From an uncultured Thermoplasmatales archaeon (GTDB taxonomy: Archaea > Thermoplasmatota > E2 > DHVEG-1), in contig CAZFFN010000040.1 in the NCBI GenBank assembly GCA_964518165.1, positions 14,329 to 78,328 on the forward strand: DNA of 64,000 bases. The letters run 5' to 3'. The notes under the pieces are model-generated. The model searched no databases. It saw nothing but the letters and a program-made list of their open reading frames with translations, and was not told the DNA's origin. Shown here in pieces: positions 9,844 to 18,301 of the stretch (its first letter is position 1; every line of letters begins with the position of its first letter). A program made the translations under genes and the position numbers.

Positions 9844-9914
9844 GGGCGGGTAACAAAGCGGCTATGTGGGGGACTGCAGATCCTCATACGGGGGTTCAAA
9901 TCCCTCCCCGCCCT
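9844..9914 (+). tRNA. tRNA-Cys (GCA), 71 nt, no encoded CCA
   Basis: Hand-folded: acceptor GGGCGGG/CCCGCCC, anticodon stem GGGGA/TCCTC with loop CTGCAGA, T-arm GGGGG-TTCAAAT-CCCTC, discriminator T. The D-stem is weak (3 bp). Confidence 0.8.
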
Positions 9915-9975
9915 CTTATTTTTACTCTTTTTATTTCTTATCATACTTCTATCAGCAACATCAGAAGGGAGGTTA

Positions 9976-12957
9976 TTGATCAATGAAGTTATGTATGATC
10001 CATCAGCAAATGAATACTATCATGAATGGGTGGAATTATATAATCCAACAAATGAGTCAATAAACATATCTGGTTGGACGCTGACAGATAATAGATATAA
10101 AGATTTTTTAGAAGTAAACAGAGATTTTGGAAATAAAACTGATATCATCCCACCATATAGATATGCTATTGTAACAGATCATGGTTCAAAAATATTTGAT
10201 TATTATAATCTTTCAAATCAAACAATCTGCCTATATGTAGATGATAAAAGCATAGGAAACGGCCTTGGAAATTCTGGTGATTATCTTATTCTTAAAAACA
10301 GTACAAACAATACAGTCGATTATGTCGAATGGATAAATGAGTATCCACATATTAATGGAACAGCAATAGAAAAAATTGAAGAAAACTACACCATTTCAAA
10401 AATAAAACCTAATAAGACAAATGATTCGAAAACTGATTATTTTGAAGGAATACCTACACCTGGAGAAAAAAACATATTATTACAAAGAGGAGAAACTAGG
10501 ATAGATTCTAATAAAAAAGAATTTTTAATTTCAAAAAACAAAAAACAAAAAATCACTTTCGAAGTGAAAAATTTAGGAGAATTTGAGGATAACATTACTA
10601 TTAAAGCTAAAGAAATTCCTAGTGGTTTTTGTGTAGAAATACTTAGAAAAAATTTGTTTTTAAAACCGAATAAAACAGGTCTGGTAAATATAACAGTAAA
10701 ACCGTGTAATTCTTGTTATGAAGGAAAATTAAAGATTTTTGCAGAATCAGAGAAGAAGATAAACAAGTCAGATGATATCGAGCTATATTTTAAAATAAAT
10801 AACCCTGATCTATGGGTAAAAAAAATCAAAATATATAACGAAGAAAAAAATGAAACAAACCTAATAAAACAAGGGGAAAACATTAGAGTAAAAGCTTTTT
10901 TAAAAAATCTAGGCCCAAAAAATGCATCTAACGTAATTGTAACTTTTTATAAAGATCAAATTAAGCCTGAAAAATTAGTAGGTAATAAATTCTACGAATC
11001 AGTTTCAAAGTACCAAAAATATCCATCTCTTTATATTGATACAATCTCCTTTTCACCCGGCACACATAAAATAATTGTTTATGCTGATGAAAAAGATAGA
11101 ATTGATGAAATACTTGAGACAAATAATATCTTATCTTTTGAAATAAAAATTATTGATACAAGACCAAATATTTTTGAAAAGAAATTGATTTTCACTGAAT
11201 TTTATTATCATGCTCATCCAGGTTTAAAAAATGAATTCATGAAGATATACAATCCAAATAACAAAAGTATTGATATATCTGATTGGTATGTTTCAAATAA
11301 TCCAAATAAAAATCGTTTGGATCAAAGAAAGATTATTTTTCCAAATAATACAATAATTAGACCATTTTCTATTATATGTATTGCTCAAAAGGCAAATGAC
11401 TATAGATTTCAAACAAATGAATTACCAGATTTTGAGTACTATTATGATTCAGATAAAAATGTAACTGATATGAAAAATTTAGAGAAAATGTATTTTTCAA
11501 ATAATAAGGGAATAGTTACATTGAAAAATCCATTTAATCATACTATAGACAGTATTGTGTATGGTAATAATTCAAAAAAATATGGTGGATGGAACGGTGA
11601 ACCTTTAAAAGCTTCAGACAAAGGAATTATTTTAAAAAGAAATATTCAAAATAACATATTTATAGATACAAATACAAGTTCTGATTGGATAAATAGAAGA
11701 ATCTACAGGATAGGTCAGACTGATTTAAAAACAAAATTTTTTAATTTCACTGGATCAATACAGCCTTTTGTATCCCCTGATTCTAGCTTTATTACAATTA
11801 AAAAATATCTAAATCTTGCAAATGAATCGATCCATCTAAATATGTATGAGCTTACAAATCCCTATCTTTGTGATGAAATTATTAATTGCCTTCTTAGAAA
11901 TGTATCTGTTAACATACTAATCGAAGGTGGCCCTGTTGGAGGGGTCTGTGACACTGAAAAATATCTATTAAATAGAATACACACTTATGGCGGAATTATT
12001 AGAGTTAAAACTTCAGATATTAAAAACAAAGTTTTTTCCCGGTATAGGTTTAACCATGCTAAATATCTTGTAATAGATAACAATACTACAATTATAGAGA
12101 GTTGTAACTGGGCTGAAACTGGTGTACCAATTGATCCAAGTTTCGGCAATCGTGAATGGGGTGTTGTTGTAAAAAATAGTTCTTTTGCAGATTACTATCT
12201 AGATGTTTTTCTTTATGACTGGGATCTATCTTTTAGCACAATAGTTCCTTTTATAGAATTGGAATGGTATATACCTAATAATTATTATTTTGATAACTAT
12301 TATTACAAAGGAAACTATGAAAAACAGTTTTGTTCAGAAGTTTTTTATGGCAATTTCTCTGTTAAACCAGTTTTTAGCCCTGATACTAGTTTTATTGAAA
12401 TATATAATCTATTAAATTCAGCTGAAAAAACAATTTATATTGAGCAACTTTATATCTATAAATATTGGGATAAAGAATTAAATCCTTTTTTAGAAGTTTT
12501 AAGTAAAAAAGCAAAGAACGGTGTTGATGTAAGAGTTATAATGAACTATAATCCAGTCTATGATAGTACAAATCAAAAGACGAATCAAACAAAAAATTAT
12601 TTAGAAAAAAACAATGTAAAAGTTAAATTTATTTATACGAACTGGTCTGTTTTTACAAACATTCACAATAAAGGAGCAATTATTGATAATAAATCTGTTT
12701 TAGTTTCTAGTATTAACTGGAATAAAAACTCTTTTATGAACAATAGAGAAGCAGGAATCATTATCGAAAACAAAAACGTTAGTAGTTACTATTCTTCGGT
12801 TTTCTTTTATGATTGGAATCTAGAGAAATCTAATGAAAAAATCTTTGAGGAAGAGGTATTTGAAGAAGAAAATGAAAATACTATTTATATAGTTGCTATA
12901 TACACAATGACCTTGGTACTTATCATTCAAGATTGGAGAAAAAGAAAATGGCAGTAG
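9976..12957 (+). CDS. Large surface/secreted protein with two lamin-tail domains (LTD) and a two-HKD phospholipase D-superfamily domain; start uncertain (TTG 9976 or ATG 9991)
   Basis: LTD motifs LINEVMYDP...EWVELYNP and IFTEFYYHAHPG...FMKIYNP. HKD motifs FNHAKYLVIDN and IHNKGAIIDN. C-terminal hydrophobic helix plus a KRK tail. The track ORF start (9787) is impossible because it runs through the tRNA. Confidence 0.7.
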   Translation: MINEVMYDPSANEYYHEWVELYNPTNESINISGWTLTDNRYKDFLEVNRDFGNKTDIIPPYRYAIVTDHGSKIFDYYNLSNQTICLYVDDKSIGNGLGNSGDYLILKNSTNNTVDYVEWINEYPHINGTAIEKIEENYTISKIKPNKTNDSKTDYFEGIPTPGEKNILLQRGETRIDSNKKEFLISKNKKQKITFEVKNLGEFEDNITIKAKEIPSGFCVEILRKNLFLKPNKTGLVNITVKPCNSCYEGKLKIFAESEKKINKSDDIELYFKINNPDLWVKKIKIYNEEKNETNLIKQGENIRVKAFLKNLGPKNASNVIVTFYKDQIKPEKLVGNKFYESVSKYQKYPSLYIDTISFSPGTHKIIVYADEKDRIDEILETNNILSFEIKIIDTRPNIFEKKLIFTEFYYHAHPGLKNEFMKIYNPNNKSIDISDWYVSNNPNKNRLDQRKIIFPNNTIIRPFSIICIAQKANDYRFQTNELPDFEYYYDSDKNVTDMKNLEKMYFSNNKGIVTLKNPFNHTIDSIVYGNNSKKYGGWNGEPLKASDKGIILKRNIQNNIFIDTNTSSDWINRRIYRIGQTDLKTKFFNFTGSIQPFVSPDSSFITIKKYLNLANESIHLNMYELTNPYLCDEIINCLLRNVSVNILIEGGPVGGVCDTEKYLLNRIHTYGGIIRVKTSDIKNKVFSRYRFNHAKYLVIDNNTTIIESCNWAETGVPIDPSFGNREWGVVVKNSSFADYYLDVFLYDWDLSFSTIVPFIELEWYIPNNYYFDNYYYKGNYEKQFCSEVFYGNFSVKPVFSPDTSFIEIYNLLNSAEKTIYIEQLYIYKYWDKELNPFLEVLSKKAKNGVDVRVIMNYNPVYDSTNQKTNQTKNYLEKNNVKVKFIYTNWSVFTNIHNKGAIIDNKSVLVSSINWNKNSFMNNREAGIIIENKNVSSYYSSVFFYDWNLEKSNEKIFEEEVFEEENENTIYIVAIYTMTLVLIIQDWRKRKWQ

Positions 12958-13898
12958 AAATCTTTTCGTTGAATCCTGTTTCAATAGTAGCTATGGCTAT
13001 AATGATTACTGGAATTGTTATCGCTATTTTTAAAAAATGGATGATAACCTATGCTTTGATTGTTACAAATTTTGTTATTTTTGTACTATCTCTTTTTTTT
13101 AGAGCAGAAATTATATTTGAACTAGGTTTTAGGCCAATTTATTTAACTCCGCAATATTTTCCTCAGATTTATACCTTATTTAGCTCCATGTTTGTTCATA
13201 GTGGTTTTATGCATATCTTTGGAAATATGCTAGTGTTTTTCTTTATCGGCCTTCCTTTTGAACAAAGAGTTGGATGGAAGAAATTTTTACTTATCTATTT
13301 ACTTACAGGTGTATGTGCCGCTCTTACCCACTCATTTTTAAACCTTGAATCTACAATACCTTTAGTTGGTGCTTCAGGTGCAATTTTTGGTATTATGGGA
13401 GCGTTTGCATTTGCATATCCTAATGATAAAGTGGTTATGCCTATACCCCTTGGTATTGTAATGATTCTTAGGCGAATCAAAGTATTGTATGCTGTTTTAC
13501 TTTTTGCCGCACTTGAAACAATCATTGTTTTTTTTGGTGCACAGAGTCAAACAGCTCATTACGCTCACTTAGGTGGACTTATAAGTGGAGTTGTTGTCGC
13601 TGCAGTAGTTTTAAGAGGTAGAAAAACACATACCAAAGAAGACAAAACTGTATATTATGATTCATATATGGCTGAAAGACCTAGAAACTATGATTTCAAA
13701 AGCCTTGAACAATTTGCCGGTACACCTGAATTAGAACAAATGCTTGAGAAAATTAAAAATGAAACAGTCCCCCAGGTTCAAGATATATGGCTTGAGCATT
13801 TTATAGAAAAAGCAATATGTCCAAAGTGCGGCAGTAAAATAAAAAGTTTTAACAGAAAGATTTGGTGTGACAAATGCGGTTTTAAAACTAAATATTAA
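12933..13898 (+). CDS. Rhomboid-family intramembrane serine protease with a C-terminal zinc ribbon
   Basis: GASGAIFG catalytic Ser motif and AHLGGL His motif. C-terminal CPKCG...CDKCG. Confidence 0.8.
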   Translation: MEKKKMAVEIFSLNPVSIVAMAIMITGIVIAIFKKWMITYALIVTNFVIFVLSLFFRAEIIFELGFRPIYLTPQYFPQIYTLFSSMFVHSGFMHIFGNMLVFFFIGLPFEQRVGWKKFLLIYLLTGVCAALTHSFLNLESTIPLVGASGAIFGIMGAFAFAYPNDKVVMPIPLGIVMILRRIKVLYAVLLFAALETIIVFFGAQSQTAHYAHLGGLISGVVVAAVVLRGRKTHTKEDKTVYYDSYMAERPRNYDFKSLEQFAGTPELEQMLEKIKNETVPQVQDIWLEHFIEKAICPKCGSKIKSFNRKIWCDKCGFKTKY

Positions 13899-15296
13899 CT
13901 TCTGTTTAACATATTTTCAAAAAGAATATCTAAATACAAAACTATTTTTTTGAAATCAAATAAAGATAAGAATCTGCTAACCAAAAATCTAAAATTCTTT
14001 GCTTGTTTTTTAATATCTTCACCATTATCTATAAAATCATTGTTAGTTATTAACTTATTTTTATCATAGTAACAATCAGATAAGACAATACCTATATCGT
14101 TTTTTGATATTGTATTATAGGTCAATGTATTTCCAGGTGAAGACTCAAGTTTTAAGCCGATATTGTTCTCTGAAATATTATTATTTTTTATACCATTTTT
14201 TTCCGATCTTAAAAGATAAATTCCATGATTCATGTTAAAATTTATTGTGTTATCCTCAATTTTAACATCTTCTTTAATATTTATTAAAATAATACCTGAT
14301 GAAAAAGAATAATTTTTTTGACCATTATTTATTATCCTATTGTTTGTTATTTTCACATCTTCTCCTAAATTAAAACCGTATATTCCATAGAGAGAGTTAT
14401 CTCTTATCTTGTTATTAGCAATATCAATGTTTTGAACACAATGTAAAAGAATTCCTTGATCGGTATTATCAAAGATCTCATTATAATATATTTTTATGTT
14501 GCTTAATTCAGAATTATCTTCTCCAACTATCTGTATTCCTGATCCAATGTTACTATATATTTCGCAATTTTTAATGAAAATATTACTTAACTTAATATTA
14601 CCTGTACAATCTAAAAATATATTTCCACTACAATACCATCCCTCATCTCGCATCTCACCGTTTTTAAATAGATGACAATTATTAATTGTTACAGAGTCAG
14701 CATCATTAGTAAAAAAGATGCTGTGACCTTTAACATTAATTACCTTGCATTTTTCAATTAAGCAATTTTTAACATTTGAAACCTCAATACCAGAAGCACT
14801 ATCTATTACAGTACAATCAGAAATTTCTATTCCTTCATAGAAAGATCCTTCAGAATAATCTAAGGATTCGCCTAGACAAATAGACCTAAAAAGACCTTTT
14901 TTGGGCATTTTTAACTAATAAGTTTTTTATATAAACATCTGAAGCTTTTACACTTATTCCTGGTTCTGCTTCTTTTTGTGCATCTATAATTATTTTATCT
15001 TTTTCTTCTCCAATTAGTTCAATCTTTTTATTTATAAAAATATTTTCATAGTATGTTCCAGCTCTAACAATTATTTTATCACCGTTTTCAGTTGAATTTA
15101 TTGCATCCTGAATTTTTGTATAATCTCCGGTTCCACTATCATCAACAATTAAGGTATTATTATTTACATCTATTTCACTGATTGTTATATTCTCCGCAGA
15201 TATTGAAGTTATACCAGCAAATAAAAACATAAAAAAAAGTAATATACACCTAGTTTTTTTATACTTAGGATTAGCTTTAATAATATTAATTAGCAT
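13895..15296 (-). pseudogene. NosD-like right-handed beta-helix surface protein split into two ORFs (14886..15296 and 13895..14908) by a frameshift at a T6 tract
   Basis: The upstream ORF carries the signal peptide plus beta-helix N-terminus. The downstream ORF continues the parallel beta-helix repeats. The two frames overlap at 14886-14908 around the T6 run at 14897-14902. Confidence 0.6.
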
Positions 15297-15383
15297 ACGA
15301 TAATATATTTATTATCACTATTTATTAAATCTTCTGTATAATAGTATATTAAATTTTTAAATTACTAAGTTAAAAATAAATCC

Positions 15384-16361
15384 CTAGAAAGATAAAGAAA
15401 TAACCAACCCTTTTAACTCTCCAAATAAAATAAGACTTGATATTATATAGCCTATTATTGCGCCTCCACATAGAAGCGGAAGACCAGCTTGGGGCTTTCC
15501 ACGCATTACAAATATCATTAGAATTGAAAAACCAATAAGAGTCCCAATGATTATTCCAATTGATAGTAGTAGACCATTTGGTATTGTATTATAGACCGCT
15601 GCTACTAATATGCCCGGCATTACAATATCCCCTAGACCCATAAAAAAAGCATCCCTTTCTTCTTTTTCTTCAATTTGCTTTTTTAGTCTCTTTGTTTCTT
15701 TTATAAGTGAATATTTCCTAATTTTTGGAACAACGAGTAGCACTGGAAGTTTTAAATCCATCACCGTATCAGCAAGATCTATCATGTGTTTTGTTTTATA
15801 AACAGATATTGCATCATAAATTGCAAGAGCAGCTAAGAAAATTATTACTAGAAATATACTTAGCGACATTCCAAATATTGCTATTGCACCAGCACCAATT
15901 AATATCCCAGTTAGATCAATTACATACCATTCTGGATATTTATAAAGGATATATACAAGCATTATTGCTAAAAATATTGCTAGAATAACAGGTATCGATA
16001 ATGGAATATATCTGTTGCCTGTCACATATATTTTTATCACATAAGAAATTGGTTTTATTAAACTTAATAGTGGATAAATTACATATGCTGCAGTATAACC
16101 TATTGCCCCAAGTATCAATATTTGAATAATCTGTTTTTTCCAGAATTTTGAAATAAGCAGTATTACAATAGTAAAAACAATCAAAATTGCAAATATATAT
16201 GCAATATTTAGTGGATTATTTATATCTTCAAAAGCAGGTTGGACCCCGGCTTCTTTAAACGGTTGAGTGACTAATAAAGCTAGGCCGTGAATTACTATAA
16301 AAAAAAGACCCATTATTCCTACTGCAGTTAGTTCATTTTTATCCTTTTTTTTATCGTTCAT
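15384..16361 (-). CDS. Presenilin/signal-peptide-peptidase homolog (A22 intramembrane aspartyl protease)
   Basis: YD motif (LAIYDAISV), GxGD motif (FFMGLGDIVMPG), and a PAL-like PLL near the C-terminus. Confidence 0.7.
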   Translation of the reverse strand: MNDKKKDKNELTAVGIMGLFFIVIHGLALLVTQPFKEAGVQPAFEDINNPLNIAYIFAILIVFTIVILLISKFWKKQIIQILILGAIGYTAAYVIYPLLSLIKPISYVIKIYVTGNRYIPLSIPVILAIFLAIMLVYILYKYPEWYVIDLTGILIGAGAIAIFGMSLSIFLVIIFLAALAIYDAISVYKTKHMIDLADTVMDLKLPVLLVVPKIRKYSLIKETKRLKKQIEEKEERDAFFMGLGDIVMPGILVAAVYNTIPNGLLLSIGIIIGTLIGFSILMIFVMRGKPQAGLPLLCGGAIIGYIISSLILFGELKGLVISLSF

Positions 16362-16406
16362 TATTTTTCCAAAAATATATTCTTCCTATTTAACTAGTTA
16401 TGTTTT

Positions 16407-17366
16407 TTATATAAAATGGATTCCTGAAAATATATACCAAATAAATAATCCATATATTACAAGCATAAATGCACCTTCAAGTCGCGATATGATATTTTTG
16501 GTGTAAATTATTGGGACCATAGCAATTGTGACAATTAGAAGTATTAGGATTGAATCCATTGATTTAAACGCATATAGCGGTATAAATAACGCTGCAAAAC
16601 CAAGAATCAATAGAATGTTAAAAACATTTGATCCAAGTACATTTCCAACTGCTACATCTGATTGACCCTTGTATGCCGCCATCACAGATACCACTAGTTC
16701 AGGAAGAGATGTTCCAATCGCAACTATTGATGCTGCAATCACAAATTGCGGTATTCCAAGCATATCAGCAATAGTTACTGATGATTCAATCAATAAATAT
16801 GCTCCAGCAACTACACCAATGATTCCAAGAATAATATATGCAATATCCTTTTTTGTGTCATCATCTTTGTATTTATCCACTTTAATTCTTTCTTTTTTTG
16901 CACATGTTATAAAAAACCATATGAATACTATAAATAAAACAAGAAAAAGGATTCCTCCGAAGATTCTATAATCATCTAACAAGCTAAAATATGAAGCAAA
17001 AAGAAGTACGCCTGTTGCAGCAACCAGTATCGGCATTTCTCTTCTTATAATGCCCTTATTTATTTTAATTGGTTTGATTATTGCACTTATTCCAAGAACA
17101 AGAAACAAATTAGCAATACATGATCCAACGATGTTTCCAAGAGATATATCTGATTCTCCTTGTGCTGCAGCTCCAACTGATAATGCAAACTCAGGTGATG
17201 ATGTACCAAATCCTACGAGTACAACAGATATAATCAATGCAGATATCCCTAGTTTCGCTGCTGTTTTTACAGTTCCATCTACAAGCATATCTGATCCTTT
17301 ATACAAAAATAATACACCAACGATAAATGCTGGAACAGCTAGTAATTCGTACCCTGCAGGTATCAT
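16407..17366 (-). CDS. Ca2+/cation antiporter (CaCA family, YrbG-like)
   Basis: Two alpha-repeats: GNIVGSCIANLFLVLG and GNVLGSNVFNILLILG. Confidence 0.8.
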   Translation of the reverse strand: MIPAGYELLAVPAFIVGVLFLYKGSDMLVDGTVKTAAKLGISALIISVVLVGFGTSSPEFALSVGAAAQGESDISLGNIVGSCIANLFLVLGISAIIKPIKINKGIIRREMPILVAATGVLLFASYFSLLDDYRIFGGILFLVLFIVFIWFFITCAKKERIKVDKYKDDDTKKDIAYIILGIIGVVAGAYLLIESSVTIADMLGIPQFVIAASIVAIGTSLPELVVSVMAAYKGQSDVAVGNVLGSNVFNILLILGFAALFIPLYAFKSMDSILILLIVTIAMVPIIYTKNIISRLEGAFMLVIYGLFIWYIFSGIHFI

Positions 17367-17454
17367 ATCGAGGCGTAATTAGGGTACTTATTTAAATAGT
17401 CTGGTAAAAACAAAAGTATTTTAATTATTATTAATTCAGTTCTCTTGATTTATA

Positions 17455-18264
17455 ATGCAAAAAGGAAGCTTAACTTTTATAGGTCTTGGCCTCTTTGATG
17501 AAAAAGATATCTCAGTAAAAGGTCTTGAAGAAATCAAGAAATCAGATAAAATCTTTGCAGAATTCTACACAGCAAAACTTGTAGGAACAAATATCAAAGA
17601 ACTCGAAAAAAAGTATGGTAAAAAAATAACTGTTCTGAATAGAGAAGAAACAGAGAAAGGAGATATAATCATTGATTCAGCAAAAAAAGAAAAAACTTCT
17701 TTTATTGTAGCTGGGGACTCAATGACAGCAACAACTCATGTTGATCTAAGAATACGGGCAATTAAAAAAGGAATAAAAACAAAAGTGATACATGGAAGTA
17801 GTATAGTAACTGCTGTGTCAGGCCTATTGGGCCTACAGAACTATAAATTTGGAAGGACTACAACACTATGTTACCCAGAAAAAAACTTTTTTCCAACTAG
17901 TCCTTATGATGTTATTTTTAAAAACAAAGAAATTGGGCTTCATACACTTGTACTTTTAGATATAAAGCAAGATCAAAACAGATATATGACAGCTAATGAA
18001 GGACTTAATTTACTTCTTAAAATGGAAGAAAAACATAAAAAGAATTTAATAACAAACAAAACAGTTGCATGTGTTGTTGCTAGAGCGGGTTCAGATAATG
18101 TAACTGTTAAAGCAGATGCAATAAAAAATCTAATTGATCTTGATTTCAATGAACCACTCCATACAATAGTAATTCCAGGGAATCTACATTTTATGGAAAT
18201 AGATTCTCTTAAAACACTTGCACAACTACCTGCACAACAGGTCAGAAAATTACAAAAAGTATAA
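17455..18264 (+). CDS. dph5: Diphthine synthase
   Basis: Near-collinear with archaeal Dph5 (LTFIGLGLFDEKDISVKGL ... HTLVLLDIK ... MTANEGL). Confidence 0.85.
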   Translation: MQKGSLTFIGLGLFDEKDISVKGLEEIKKSDKIFAEFYTAKLVGTNIKELEKKYGKKITVLNREETEKGDIIIDSAKKEKTSFIVAGDSMTATTHVDLRIRAIKKGIKTKVIHGSSIVTAVSGLLGLQNYKFGRTTTLCYPEKNFFPTSPYDVIFKNKEIGLHTLVLLDIKQDQNRYMTANEGLNLLLKMEEKHKKNLITNKTVACVVARAGSDNVTVKADAIKNLIDLDFNEPLHTIVIPGNLHFMEIDSLKTLAQLPAQQVRKLQKV

Positions 18265-18301
18265 AGCCTATTTGCTTTATTATTAAATAAATAGGGGATT
18301 T

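Noticed and set aside
9787-9975. N-terminal extension of the LTD-PLD ORF, including an apparent signal peptide
   Set aside because: It is translation through tRNA-Cys (9844-9914); the gene cannot start upstream of the tRNA.
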